Counted from the stretch's first letter, positions 29,178-40,900 are shown. The stretch is DNA of 64,000 bases from an uncultured Acidobacteriota bacterium (GCA_963809485.1 CAWEJX010000007.1:672001-736000); one strand, 5' to 3'. Numbers and translations: made by a program. Notes: a model not told the origin generated them from the letters alone.

Positions 29178-30464
29178 CTATTGGCGTTCGGCGATCGGCA
29201 CGTAGTGATTCTCCTGAGGGCCGTTGTAGACCTGGCGCGGACGGTAAATGCGGCCTCCGGCGCTCTCCATGATTTCCCTGAAGTTCGCGATCCAGCCCGG
29301 CAGCCGCCCGATAGCGAACATCACCGTGTACATGTTCAGCGGAATCCCTATCGCCCGCATGATGATGCCGCTGTAGAAATCGACATTGGGATAAAGCTTC
29401 CGCTCAATGTAATAAGGATCGCTCAGCGCCGCCTCTTCCAGCCGCTTGGCTATGTCCAGAAGCGGATCCTTTTTCTTGAGCACGGCGAGCAGTTCGTCGC
29501 ACTTCCTTTTGATGATCCGGGCGCGCGGGTCGTAATTTTTATAGACGCGGTGCCCGAAACCCATCAGCCGTTTGCCCTGGCTTTTGTCTTTTGCCTGCTC
29601 GATGAATTTCGAGCCGTTGTCGCCGGACTGGTGGATTTCGTTGAGCATTTCCAGCACGGCCTGGTTGGCGCCCCCGTGCAGGGGGCCCCAGAGGGCGCAG
29701 ACGCCGGCAGCCGTGCTCGCGAAAAGATTCGCCTCGCTCGAAGCCACCATGCGGACGGTGGAAGTCGAACAGTTCTGCTCGTGGTCGGCGTGCAGGAGAA
29801 AAATCAAATCCAGCGCTTGAACGATCTCCGGGCGCAATTCGTAGTCCTGGTAAGGCTGCGAAAACATCATATGCAGGAGATTGGCCGTATACCTGTAGGT
29901 GGGCTTCGGGTAGATGATCGGCAGCCCGAGGGACTTGCGGTACGAAAACGCCGCTATGGTCCGCACTTGTGCAATGATGCGTGCAGCCTGGACCGTGAAC
30001 AACTCATGCTCCGGCTCCTCCAGCACCTGGGGGAAGAAACACCCCGCCGCGTTGATCATGGCCGAGAGTATGGCCATGGGATGCGCCTGCGCGGGGAAAC
30101 CCTCGAAGTGAACCCTCATGTCCTCGTGCAGCATCTCGTTCCGGGTGAGGAGGGCCGAAAAATCGTTGAGCTCCCGGCTGGTGGGCAGCTTTCCCCAGAT
30201 CAGCAGATAGGCGGCCTCTATGAAGGTGGACCGTTCCGCCAGTTCCTCTATCGGGATGCCCCGGTAGCGAAGAACGCCTCTTTCTCCGTCGATGAATGTG
30301 ATGTTGCTGACGCAGGAGCCGGTATTCCCATAGCCGTCGTCCAGCGTAATATACCCGGTTTTATTGCGCAGCGTTGCGATGTCGATCGCATGCTCTCCTT
30401 CGGATCCAACGACCACCGGAAACTCGTATTCTTTCCCGTCCAGCTGCAATTTGGCTGTTGCCAT
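29178..30464 (-). CDS. gltA: Citrate synthase (type II)
   Basis: HADHEQNCST, GPLHGGAN, GFGHRVYK, YPNVDFYSG. Confidence 0.95.
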   Translation of the reverse strand: MATAKLQLDGKEYEFPVVVGSEGEHAIDIATLRNKTGYITLDDGYGNTGSCVSNITFIDGERGVLRYRGIPIEELAERSTFIEAAYLLIWGKLPTSRELNDFSALLTRNEMLHEDMRVHFEGFPAQAHPMAILSAMINAAGCFFPQVLEEPEHELFTVQAARIIAQVRTIAAFSYRKSLGLPIIYPKPTYRYTANLLHMMFSQPYQDYELRPEIVQALDLIFLLHADHEQNCSTSTVRMVASSEANLFASTAAGVCALWGPLHGGANQAVLEMLNEIHQSGDNGSKFIEQAKDKSQGKRLMGFGHRVYKNYDPRARIIKRKCDELLAVLKKKDPLLDIAKRLEEAALSDPYYIERKLYPNVDFYSGIIMRAIGIPLNMYTVMFAIGRLPGWIANFREIMESAGGRIYRPRQVYNGPQENHYVPIAERQ

Positions 30465-30741
30465 GTGGCGCCTCCCCAGGAATAGGTTTTGTTTACCGCC
30501 TTTGAACAAGATACCAATAACGCCGGCCCGCGCAAAGAGCATCCGTCAGCCTGACATAAAGCCATAACGACTGCTTGCAATATATGCGGTCATCGTTCTC
30601 TACGCCTTCCGCACCTCGCTCGGCGGCCGCCCGCTCATCGCTGCACACCAACTCGACGATTGATGCCTCCGATATGACTTTCTAGCGGCATTGTGGCTAT
30701 TTAGTCTAGACTTTCTAACGGCCTGGCATTAAAATGACCGC

Positions 30742-31977
30742 ATGGAACGGATGCTGGCCGAACTCCTCGAAAAGGAGCACTTCGCGGCGCCGGCAGCAAG
30801 AATGGCCTTCGTGACAGGCCCCCGGCAATGCGGGAAGACCACACTCGCAAGAATGATGCAGGAGAAACGGGGCAGCGGGGACCTGTATCGAAATTGGGAT
30901 GATCTGTCGTTCCGCAAGGAACTGACTGCAGATCCCTATGGATTCATGGATGCCTATCGGCCGTTGCATCCGAAGCGGCCTCTTGCAGTGCTGGACGAAA
31001 TCCACAAGTTTCCCCGCTGGAAGATTTATCTCAAAGGGCTGTGGGACACCCGAAAAGACCGGGCGGATGTTCTGGTAACCGGAAGCGGAAGACTCGACAT
31101 CTATCAGCGGGGCGGCGACAGCCTGCTGGGCCGATATCATCAATACCGCCTCCACCCGTTGTCGCTGTCTGAAATCCTGGGCAAGAGGTTTTCACCCGAT
31201 CGCGATACATGGAGCCGGATCATGGAGCGCTTGACGAAATCTGCCGACGCGCCGAGCCGCGAAGCGCAGGAAGCGTTTGCGGCGCTTTTTCGCTTTGGCG
31301 GTTTCCCGGAGCCTTTTCTGGCCCAGAATCAGCGCCGGCATCGCCTGTGGTTGCGGGAGAAGCGGGAACTGCTTACGCGCCAGGATTTGCGCGACCTGAC
31401 CCGGATACAGTTGCTTTCCTCTGTCGAGCAGATGGTGGAATTGCTGATCCCTCGTGCCGGAAGCCTGCTGTCGCTCAATAATCTGCGCGCGGATTTAGGC
31501 GTCACTCTTGATTCTGTCCGGCTATGGATGGTTCAGCTCGAGAGACTCCATTACTGCTATCGCGTTTCTCCCTATGCAGGAAAGCTGGCGCGGTCGCTGC
31601 GCCGCGAACCCAAACTTTTCCTTCACGACTGGTCGGAGATCCCTGATGAGGGGAAACGTTTTGAGAATATGATGGCATCGGCACTTTTGCGCTGGCGCGA
31701 TTTTGCCCAGGATTGGGGGCAGGAGAAACTGGGCCTGCATTTTGTCCGGGATAAGGAAAAGCGAGAGGTCGATTTTCTTTTGACTCTTGACGGCAAGCCC
31801 CGGCTCCTGGTGGAAGCCAAGCTCAGCCACCTCCAGCCGTCTGCGGCCCTGCAATATTTCGCGCACCAGCTGGGAGGAATACCAAAGCTTATGGTTGTCG
31901 CTCATGCAAGCAATCCCGGAACTTCCGCCGGAGTGCTTGTCCTGCCGGCTTCCGTTTTCCTATCAGAAATTCCATAG
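30742..31977 (+). CDS. AAA_14 ATPase with DUF4143 domain
   Basis: GPRQCGKT, LDEIHK, VTGS, GGFPE, FEN, REVDF. Confidence 0.88.
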   Translation: MERMLAELLEKEHFAAPAARMAFVTGPRQCGKTTLARMMQEKRGSGDLYRNWDDLSFRKELTADPYGFMDAYRPLHPKRPLAVLDEIHKFPRWKIYLKGLWDTRKDRADVLVTGSGRLDIYQRGGDSLLGRYHQYRLHPLSLSEILGKRFSPDRDTWSRIMERLTKSADAPSREAQEAFAALFRFGGFPEPFLAQNQRRHRLWLREKRELLTRQDLRDLTRIQLLSSVEQMVELLIPRAGSLLSLNNLRADLGVTLDSVRLWMVQLERLHYCYRVSPYAGKLARSLRREPKLFLHDWSEIPDEGKRFENMMASALLRWRDFAQDWGQEKLGLHFVRDKEKREVDFLLTLDGKPRLLVEAKLSHLQPSAALQYFAHQLGGIPKLMVVAHASNPGTSAGVLVLPASVFLSEIP

Positions 31978-32101
31978 CCATAGCCATGATTCATGGCCAT
32001 TCGTCTGCGGCCTGTGCATAAACGTGCTTTGCTTCCCGCAGGCAATCGCATATAGCGGAAGCGTGCGCGTAGCATGGAATCGGGGAAGTTGCCGGGGTGG
32101 T

Positions 32102-32338
32102 TCAACCAGGACGCGATACAGATCCTGAAGCAACAGGGACGTTTGACCCGGAGGGGATATTCCTTGGGGAGATGTGAGGCTGCCCCACCAAATCCTGCAT
32201 CCCCCACCGTGCCTTATAAAGACAATCTTCGAGCGAATGGCCCACGCCTGTGAATCCCTCCAAATCCGGAGAATAAAACGCGAAGAATTCAGGATCCTGC
32301 GTAGCTTCAATAACCAGGGAATACGGAATGTCGATCAT
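32102..32338 (-). pseudogene. hicB: HicB-family antitoxin, C-terminus apparently lost
   Basis: YSLVIEAT..FYSPDLEGFTGVGHSLEDC followed by a non-family-like tail. Confidence 0.6.
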
Positions 32339-32340
32339 CT

Positions 32341-32530
32341 TTACTCTCCATCTCCCAATCCGGCGGCTTTCAAGATCGCATGGCAAGTTCCGGTTGGAAC
32401 TTCTTTGGCGCCGTGAAAATCGACTCGAATCAAGCGCTGATGTCCAGGCTTGGCATAATAGCAAATCGACCCCTACTCCTTTATAAGCCGAGATCCGTTC
32501 TGTTCGAGAAACCTTACCAAATCGCTGCAT
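32341..32530 (-). pseudogene. hicA: HicA-family toxin remnant
   Basis: Frame reads SDLVRFLEQNGSRLIKE*GSICYYAKPGHQRLIRVDFHGAKEVPTGTCHAILKAAG; in-frame TAG and no start codon. Confidence 0.65.
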
Positions 32531-32614
32531 GATGAAGGCTGAGCTTGACGGTATCGGCGAAATCGGTATAGTTGAGTTTACGACCCAATCCTAATTTTTA
32601 TGAGGAATGCATCG

Positions 32615-34429
32615 ATGACCGCCCCAACCAAACATGCCGGGCTTCTGGCCTGGATCGATGAAATCGCCCGCATGACTCAACCGGATTCGCTCGTCTGGTG
32701 CAACGGCACCAAAGCGGAATATGACTCTCTGACCGGCATCATGGTGGAGAGCGGATTGGCCACTCCCCTCCCCAAGCGCCCCAACTCATTCCTGTTCCGG
32801 TCGGATGCTTCCGACGTGGCCCGTGTGGAGAACCGCACCTATATCGCTTCCAGATCGAAAGAAGATGCGGGCCCGACCAACAACTGGATCGATCCTTCCG
32901 AGCTGCAGGCCACGATGACGAAACTCTATACCGGCTGCATGAGGGGCCGTACGATGTACGTGATCCCTTTCTCGATGGGCCCGGTGGGATCGCCGATCGC
33001 CAAAATCGGCGTCCAGGTCACGGATTCTCCCTATGTCGTGGCCAACATGCACATCGTGACCCGTGTCGGGAACCGTGTGCTCGATGTTTTGGGGGATTCG
33101 GGAGAGTTTGTTCCCTGTCTTCACAGCATCGGCAAACCCCTGCTTTCCTGTCAGGATGATCTGGGCCTGTGGCCCTGCGCGCCCCTTGAAAAGAAATACA
33201 TCGCGCACTTTCCCGAAACCAAGACCATCTGGTCCTATGGCTCGGGTTACGGCGGGAACGCTCTGCTGGGGAAAAAATGCCTGGCCCTGCGCATCGCCTC
33301 GGTCATTGCCAGAGATGAAGGGTGGCTCGCCGAGCATATGCTGATCCTCAAGATCACGAACCCGGCAGGGAAGTCCAAATACATCGCGGCAGCGTTTCCT
33401 TCCGCCTGCGGCAAGACCAACCTCGCCATGCTGGTGCCCACCGTCCCGGGCTGGAAAGTTGAAACCGTCGGCGATGACATCGCCTGGATGAAACCCGGTA
33501 AGGACGGCAGGCTTTATGCCATCAATCCGGAAGCAGGATTTTTCGGGGTAGCGCCGGGCACCTCCATGAGTTCCAACCCGAACGCCATGCGGACAATCGA
33601 GAAGAACTCGATCTTTACCAATGTCGCGCTGACCGAAGACGGAGACGTCTGGTGGGAGGGCATCGGTTACGACGCCCCCGGAAGGCTTATCGACTGGACG
33701 GGCAAGCCGTGGGTCCGGGACAAAGCCGATAAGGCTCAGCCTCCGGCGGCCCACCCCAACTCGCGTTTCACCACGCCGGCCGCGCAGTGCCCCTCCATCG
33801 CTGAGGAATGGGAAGATCCCGCGGGAGTACCGATCGACGCCATCCTTTTCGGAGGCCGGCGCGCGTCCACGGTTCCCCTCGTGAGCCAGGCCTTTTCCTG
33901 GAACCAGGGCGTTTTCATGGGCTCCATCGTGGGTTCCGAAATCACCGCCGCCGCTCTGGACCTCAAAGTCGGCTCGGTGCGCCGCGACCCGTTTGCCATG
34001 CTGCCTTTCTGCGGCTACAACATGGGCGACTATTTCGGGCACTGGCTACGGATGGGTGAGAAGACGCCGCCTGCCGCACAGCCGAAATTTTTCTTCGTCA
34101 ACTGGTTCCGCAAAACCAGGGAGGGCCGGTGGCTCTGGCCGGGATATGGGGAGAACAGCCGCGTGCTGAAGTGGATATTCGAGCAATGCGACGGGCAAGG
34201 GAAAGCAGTCGAAACCCCCATCGGCATTATGCCCGCAGCCGATGCCATTGAGTTTCCGGATGGCGTCACGGCCGAGGATATGAAAGAGCTGCTTGAAGTG
34301 GATGCGGCCGGGTGGAAAGCCGAGCTTGACGACGTCAAGGCTTCGCTTTATCCCAAATTCGGATCGAGGCTTCCCGATGAGCTGAACCGCCAGCTCGATG
34401 CGCTCGCCGAGCGGCTGGAGGAACGGTAA
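32615..34429 (+). CDS. pckG: Phosphoenolpyruvate carboxykinase (GTP)
   Basis: [35 protein letters not shown]. Confidence 0.95.
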   Translation: MTAPTKHAGLLAWIDEIARMTQPDSLVWCNGTKAEYDSLTGIMVESGLATPLPKRPNSFLFRSDASDVARVENRTYIASRSKEDAGPTNNWIDPSELQATMTKLYTGCMRGRTMYVIPFSMGPVGSPIAKIGVQVTDSPYVVANMHIVTRVGNRVLDVLGDSGEFVPCLHSIGKPLLSCQDDLGLWPCAPLEKKYIAHFPETKTIWSYGSGYGGNALLGKKCLALRIASVIARDEGWLAEHMLILKITNPAGKSKYIAAAFPSACGKTNLAMLVPTVPGWKVETVGDDIAWMKPGKDGRLYAINPEAGFFGVAPGTSMSSNPNAMRTIEKNSIFTNVALTEDGDVWWEGIGYDAPGRLIDWTGKPWVRDKADKAQPPAAHPNSRFTTPAAQCPSIAEEWEDPAGVPIDAILFGGRRASTVPLVSQAFSWNQGVFMGSIVGSEITAAALDLKVGSVRRDPFAMLPFCGYNMGDYFGHWLRMGEKTPPAAQPKFFFVNWFRKTREGRWLWPGYGENSRVLKWIFEQCDGQGKAVETPIGIMPAADAIEFPDGVTAEDMKELLEVDAAGWKAELDDVKASLYPKFGSRLPDELNRQLDALAERLEER

Positions 34430-34513
34430 CGCTGTAACGCTGACGAACGCCGTAACGCTGACGAACGCTGACAAAGGCGCTGACGAACGCTGTAACGCCG
34501 ACAAAGGCACTGA
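34427..34513 (+). repeat. Expanded one-armed ACGCTG array (~9 units) starting on the pckG stop codon
   Basis: TAACGCTG TAACGCTGAC GAACGCCG TAACGCTGAC GAACGCTGAC ... Confidence 0.8.
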
Positions 34514-34531
34514 AAGTATGGAGAGAATAAT

Positions 34532-35851
34532 ATGACAGCCCTGAATCCGCTGGCCGAAGAGTCCAATCGAGACCTTCAAAACGGCGCTCCGCAGATCTTG
34601 AACGTGTTGTCCGCGCGGGGCAAAGCGATTTATTTCCCTTTCAAGGGTATCCTCGGGCAAAGCGCGGAAGCCAAAAGCGCGAAAATCAACGCGACCATAG
34701 GCACGGCGTTCGAAGACGACAATTCGCCGCTGACCCTCGAATGCCTGGAATCCATGGTCAACATACCCTCCGAGTCTTTTCTCTACGCGCCCAGCTTCGG
34801 CATGCCCAGGCTGCGGGAGGAATGGGGCAAGCTCCTTGCGGTCAAGAATCCCGGATTGAAGGGTAAGATTTACAGCCTGCCCGTGACGACGGCCGCCCTT
34901 ACCCACGGGCTGTCCGTCGCCGGATACCTGTTCGTCGACGCCGGGGATGAGGTCCTGATACCCGATCTCTATTGGGACAACTACGAGCTCGTGTTCAGCG
35001 AAGCCTACGGTGCAAAGCTGGTTTTATACAATACTTTTGTAAACGGCGGATTCGATGTGGCCGCATTCTCCAGAGCGCTCAATGCGGGCAAAAAAGGCAA
35101 GAAAATCGTTCTCCTGAATTTCCCCAACAATCCGGCCGGCTATACTCCGACTGAAACCGAGTACACGGCGCTGGTTGAGGAAATCCGCAAGTCCGCCGAG
35201 GCGGGGAACCAGATCGTCGTGGTGCTCGATGACGCCTACTTCGGGCTCGTTTATGAAGAGGGCGTCGCCAAAGAATCCCTTTTTGTATCGCTGACGGACC
35301 TTCACCCGAACGTCCTGGGAGTGAAGCTGGACGGCCCGACCAAGGAGGACTACGTGTGGGGTTTCCGCGTGGGTTTCATGACCTTCGGTTTCAAAGGGGC
35401 GACCGGCGCTCAACTCAAGGCCCTGGAGAACAAGGCGGCCGGCGCCGTGCGCGGCACCATCTCCAACGTTTCATGTCTCGGCCAGTCGCTCCTGCTCAAA
35501 GCGTATACCGACCCCAAATACGCCGGGCAGAAAAAGCAGAAATACGAAATCCTCGCACGGCGCGCCCGCAAGATCCGCGAAATTGCCCAAAGCCATCCCG
35601 AATACGCGCAGAGTTTTGAAATGATGCCGTTCAACTCCGGATATTTCATGTGCGTCAAACCCCTGGGGGTCGACCCGGAGGCGCTGCGCAAGGAGTTGCT
35701 GGCGAATTACAGCACCGGCGTAATCGTGTTGTCCGGATTGATACGCATCGCCTTTTCGTCCGTGCCTTTCGACCTGATCGAAACCCTCTTCGCCAACCTG
35801 CACGACGCGATCCGGAAGCTAAACGGGGACAGTCACCAGCGTCCCCGTTGA
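34532..35851 (+). CDS. Class I/II PLP aminotransferase
   Basis: NFPNNPAG, DDAYFG, GPTKE..WGFRVG. Confidence 0.9.
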   Translation: MTALNPLAEESNRDLQNGAPQILNVLSARGKAIYFPFKGILGQSAEAKSAKINATIGTAFEDDNSPLTLECLESMVNIPSESFLYAPSFGMPRLREEWGKLLAVKNPGLKGKIYSLPVTTAALTHGLSVAGYLFVDAGDEVLIPDLYWDNYELVFSEAYGAKLVLYNTFVNGGFDVAAFSRALNAGKKGKKIVLLNFPNNPAGYTPTETEYTALVEEIRKSAEAGNQIVVVLDDAYFGLVYEEGVAKESLFVSLTDLHPNVLGVKLDGPTKEDYVWGFRVGFMTFGFKGATGAQLKALENKAAGAVRGTISNVSCLGQSLLLKAYTDPKYAGQKKQKYEILARRARKIREIAQSHPEYAQSFEMMPFNSGYFMCVKPLGVDPEALRKELLANYSTGVIVLSGLIRIAFSSVPFDLIETLFANLHDAIRKLNGDSHQRPR

Positions 35852-35919
35852 GAGATACCGTTGAAGGCCTCCATCAGAATTGCTTGCCCAACGGGGACAC
35901 GGGTGATTGTCCCCGTTTA
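35820..35919. repeat. REP-like double palindrome (AACGGGGAC..GTCCCCGTT) overlapping the gene end
   Basis: Two AACGGGGAC/GTCCCCGTT hairpins that are also inverted copies of each other. Confidence 0.7.
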
Positions 35920-36135
35920 AAAAATTAAGTTTCTTTTATTTATTCTCGCACCGTCTCTCCGTTACAATGTCGCGGAGCCCTGTAAACTGTGTTGTCAGCG
36001 CGCATTTTCAGCAAAGGTTGTGCAGCGAAACAGTCCGGCAGTGTCGCCGCAGAAAGCTCACAGGGGACGAGGATTTTTGGGCAGCCCCGCCTTTTCAAGA
36101 CACACACCTAGAACTTGTTCAGGAGACGCAAGACA

Positions 36136-37476
36136 ATGACTGCAAAAAGAGTCGCAAAAGCTGCCGCAAAAAAAGCCGCGGCGCCGGTCGCAAAATCGTA
36201 CAATCCTTTCCTTGTTGCCCAGGAACAGTTTGACCGCATCGCGGACATGCTGGATCTGGACCAGGCGACAAGGGATCTGCTTCGCAATCCGTTGAGAGAG
36301 TATCACTTCAGTATTCCCATCCGCATGGACCACGGCGGGATCCAGATTTTTCGCGGCTTCAGAGTTCAGCATAACGACGCCCGGGGCCCCTGCAAGGGCG
36401 GCATTCGATTTCATCCCATGGAAACCATCGATACCGATCCGGGCGCTCTCCATGTGGATGACGTGGAAGTGCTCCGTTGTGGACATACCGCTGGGCGGGA
36501 GCAAAGGCGGGATCATATGCGATCCGCACAATCTCAGCTAACACGAGATCGAGCAGCTCTGCCGCGGCTGGGTGCGGCAAATCGCCCGGGATGTCGGCCC
36601 CTACTCGACGTGCCTGCGCCGGACGTCATGACGAATCCGCAGGACATGCTTTGGATGCTGGATGAGTTTGAAAAAATCCATGGCGGCAAATTCCCCGGAT
36701 TCATTACCGGCAAGCCGATCAGCATCGGAGGATCGAAGGGACGCACCGAAGCGACCGGATACATGGTGGTCCTCACGGTTCGCGAAGCTCTCAAAGAACT
36801 GAATCTGAAGCCGGAAAATACCACGGCGAGCATCCAGGGATTCGGCAACGTTGCCCAATACTGCCGTCGAGCTCTACCACAAGATCGGCGGACATGGTGA
36901 TCTGCGTGTCAAGCTGGGATCCGACGGACAATAAAACATTCTGCTGCAGGAAAAAGTCCGGAATTCTGTTCGACGAGCTCAAGTCGATCAGCGATCCGTT
37001 CGGCACCATCGACCGCGTCAAGGCGCAGCAGATCTGGGATATGAAATTCTTCCCGGCGAGGCGTGGCTGGAACAGGATGTCGACATTCTGATTCCGGCGG
37101 CGGTTGAAAACCAGATCACGGCGGATAACGTGTCCAGAAGATCAATCCCAGGGTTAAACTGATCGCGGAAGGCGCCAACGGGCCCACGACACCCGAAGCG
37201 GATGTCATGCTCGAGAAACGCGGGACTTTCCTGATTCCGGACATTCTCTGCAACGCCGGCGGCGTCACCTGCAGCTACTTCGAACAGGTGCAGGGCAACA
37301 TGAATTATTATTGGGACGAGAAAGAGGTTTTCGACAAGCTGGATTCCAAAATGACCTCCGCGTTCCAGGCGGTCCGGGAAACAGCCAAGCGTCGCAGGCT
37401 CCGCAACAGAGACGCCGCCTATGTCCTCGCGGTGAATCGCGTGGCGCGGGCCTGCAAGGATCGGGGATGGGTTTAG
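36136..37476 (+). pseudogene. gdhA: Glu/Leu/Phe/Val dehydrogenase (glutamate dehydrogenase), multiply frameshifted
   Basis: [52 protein letters not shown] distributed over different frames. Confidence 0.85.
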
Positions 37477-37699
37477 CCGCCGCCATCCCTGATTTTGGTT
37501 TCGGCTGCAGATCGCATTATGTTTAATACATCGATAATCCAGCTTTTCGGGGGGGACTCACAGGATTGGACAGCTCCAGCATCAAATAACGCCGAAATAC
37601 GCTGACAAAAACGCTGATGAACGCTGATCCTTTAGCCTGTTATGTTCCGCCTGAAGAGCTGGAAAGTCCGTAGTCCCGGCAGGAAGTCGCGAGGAATCG

Positions 37700-40600
37700 A
37701 TGGAAAACAAATCTGTCGACAAACTCATTGATCGATCTCAAAGAGCGCGCGAAGGAACTCAACTGTCTTTACGAAGTTGAGGAGATCATGAGCAAGCCGA
37801 ATCTTCCGCTGGAGGAGGTTTTCCGCAAGATCGTCGATACGCTTCCGGCCGGCTGGCAGTATCCCGATACCTGCCAGGCAAGGATCACCTATGGCGACTT
37901 TGACGCCCAGACGGAGGGCTTTCGGGAATCTCCCTGGGTGCAGCACGCGGATATCCTGGTTCAGGACGAGGTCGTGGGCCGGATCAGCGTTTGCTACACG
38001 GAGGAACGCCCCGCCGCCGACGAAGGGCCCTTTCTCAAAGAAGAGCGGAAGCTGATCAACACCATTGCGGACCGACTCAAGCACCGAATCCTGCACGACG
38101 AATCTCAAGACGGTTTTTGAAAGGCAGAAGCTGAAGCGGGGAGGCTTCCGAGGAATGGGCCGTCATTCTGGACCTGCTGCGAAGAACCGATCCCAAGCTG
38201 CTCACCCGCATTCCAAGAAAGATGCTGAATCATCTCACCTGGGCCGGTTACGATCAAGGCGCATCAAATTCTTGAGCAGGGTCAGCCCGGTTCTGAAAGG
38301 CGATGGCGCCGACGCCGACCAGGACGAGAACCGGCCGCTGCGCATTCCGACGATCCCAGGATCTGCTCTCTGCCAGCGAGCGATATTTTCAAGCTCGCCG
38401 GAGAAGCATCTGCGGGAAAATGAGATCCTCGCTTTATCCAGAAATGGATCAGGAGGACCGTTCGGGATTTCTGATAAAGTCCTGGAAAATCCCAACTCCT
38501 CGCTGGTCGAAATCGCCGGCGCCATCGAGCGGTATCGCCATCTGATTCCGCAGGGCGTGGAGCTGTCGTCGCCCAGGGAGCGGGCGTTCCGCGTTTCGCT
38601 CATCCAGCGCCTCCTGAACGACGATCCGCAGTTCGTGCAGGTGGCCAAACAATTCATCAGCGTCAACGATTTCCACGATCTTCTCGAACAGACGATCTAT
38701 CCGCCGGGAAGCCACGGGAGGCTTGGCGGCAAGGGCGCCGGCCTGTTTGTCGCGTCGCAGATCCTGAAAAAAATGTCGGCGGACAACGAGCTCCTCGGCA
38801 GCGTCAAGACTCCGAAAACATGGCACTCACTTCGGACGGCCTTCTCAATTTCATCAACTACAACGACCTGGACGAGATCGTCGGAACACAAATACAAAGA
38901 TATCGGCCAGGTGCGGCAGGAGTATCCCTCCATCATTCAGGTATTCAAAAGCTCCTCTTTCCCGCCGGAGATCGTCAACGGGCTTGTCCATCGCGCTGGA
39001 TGATTTTGCGGAGGTCCCGTCTGATTGTGCGCAGTTCCAGCCTGCTCGAGGACAGCAAGGGGACCTCGTTTGCCGGCAAATACAAGAGCCTGTTCATCGC
39101 GAATCAGGGAAGCAAGCAAGAGCGCATCGCCGCCCTCATGGATGCCATTGCGGAAGTGTACGCCTCCACCTTCGGCCCGGATCCGATCGGGTATCGCATG
39201 GAGCGGGGATTGATCGATTTCCACGAGGAGATGGGAATCATGATCCAGGAAGTGGTGGGCACCAGGATCGGCCGCTATTACATGCCGGCTTTTGCGGGAG
39301 TTGCCTTCAGCCGCAACGAATTTCAATGGTCCCGCCGCATCCGCCGCGAAGACGGCCTGCTCCGCATGGTGCCCGGACTGGGCACGCGGGCGGTCGACCG
39401 CGTGCTGGATGACTACCCGATCCTCGATTTCGCCGGGCCAGCCGTCGCTGCGCGTCAATGTGACCGTCGAGGAGAAAGATCCGCTATTCTCCCAAGCGCA
39501 TCGATGTGATCAATCTTGGAATCCGGTTTGTTCGAGACGGTCGACCTGAAAGAGCTCCTGAGCGAATACGCCGACGACTATCCGATGATTCACCAAACTC
39601 GTCTCCATTCTGCAGGACGACAGGCTCATCCAGCCCTGGAACCTCGGCATCGACAGGGAAAGGGACTCGCTGGTCGTAACATTTGACGGCCTGCTCAGCC
39701 GCACGCCCTTCATCGAGCAGGCGTCGGCGATGCTGAAAACGCTCCAGTCCGAATTCCGGATGCCCATGGATATGGAGTTTGCGCACGACGGCACCGATCT
39801 GTACATCCTGCAATGCCGCCTCCAGAGCTACGGGGCCTGTCCGCAGCCGGCCGTCCTGCCTCGCGAAACGCCTGCGAAAGACCGAATCTTTTTTTCCGCC
39901 AACCGCTACGTCACCAACGGGACCATTCCCGGAATCACCCACATCGTTTACGTCGATCCGGATCAATATGCGGAGTTGCCAGCCGCACGGATCTTGTCGC
40001 GGTCGGCCAGGCCGTGAGCTGCGCTGAATCAGTTGCTGCCGAAGCGGCAGTTCATACTCATAGGGCCCGGACGCTGGGGCAGCCGCGGCGATATCAAACT
40101 CGGCGTGAGCGTCACCTACTCGGATATCAACAACACGGCGATGCTGATTGAAATCGCCGGAAAGCAAAAGATTACGTTCCCGAGCCATCCTTCGGCACCC
40201 ATTTCTTCCAGGACCTGGTCGAGGCGTCCATCCGGTATCTTCCCGCTCTATCCCGGCGATTGGGGAACCACTCTTCAATGAATCTTTTTTCAAGGATTCC
40301 CGCAACTGGCTGCCGGACCTTCTGCCCGATTTCGCCTACCTTGCCGGCACGGTGCGCGTCATCGATGTCGCGAACACGGCGCCGGGGATGGTGCTTCAGA
40401 TCCTGATGAACGGGGAACTGGACGAGGCGCTGGCAGTTTTGCCGGAACCGTCCCCGGAGCCGTCTGGAAACGCAGCCGATCGCAGCGGATACCCGCCCTG
40501 CCGGAATCCCGCCGCGAATACGCACTGGCGGTGGCGCCTGCAGAGCGTGGAACGCATGGCGGAGCTCATGGATCCGGCCCGCTTCGGAGTGAAGGCGATG

Positions 40601-40899
40601 TATCTGTTCGGAAGCACGAAGAATGCAACGGCCGGCCCCCAGAGCGACATCGATCTGCTGATCCACTTCAACGGGACCCAGGCTCAGGAGAAAGGAACTG
40701 CTGACCTGGCTCGAGGGCTGGAGCCTGTGCCTGAGCCCATCTGAATTATTTGAGGACCGGATACAAGTCCGACGGTCTGCTGGACGTCCACCTGGTCACG
40801 GATGAAGACATCAAAAAGCGCACGAGCTATGCGGTGAAGATCGGCGCCGCCACCGACGCCGCCCGCCCCATCCCCCTCGGCCGCCAGCCCCGGAAATAA
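37700..40899 (+). pseudogene. PEP/pyruvate-binding (PPDK_N-like) protein with N-terminal GAF-like and C-terminal nucleotidyltransferase domains, multiply frameshifted
   Basis: LKERAKELNCLY; LGGKGAGL; IVRSSSLLED..FAGKY; GLGTRAV; DMEFA; IGPGRWGS; LFGSTKNATAGPQSDIDL across frames. Confidence 0.8.
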
Positions 40900-40900
40900 T

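Noticed and set aside
32341-32530. Pyrrolysine or stop read-through at the hicA TAG
   Set aside because: The start codon is also missing, the partner gene is damaged, and no pyl genes are seen; simple decay is more parsimonious
34427-34513. CRISPR or guide-RNA array at the ACGCTG tandem
   Set aside because: Units abut with only 1-5 variable bases; no spacer-length unique sequence
36136-40899. Programmed ribosomal frameshifting or phase variation
   Set aside because: Too many breaks, and they are not located at slippery heptamers or long homopolymers
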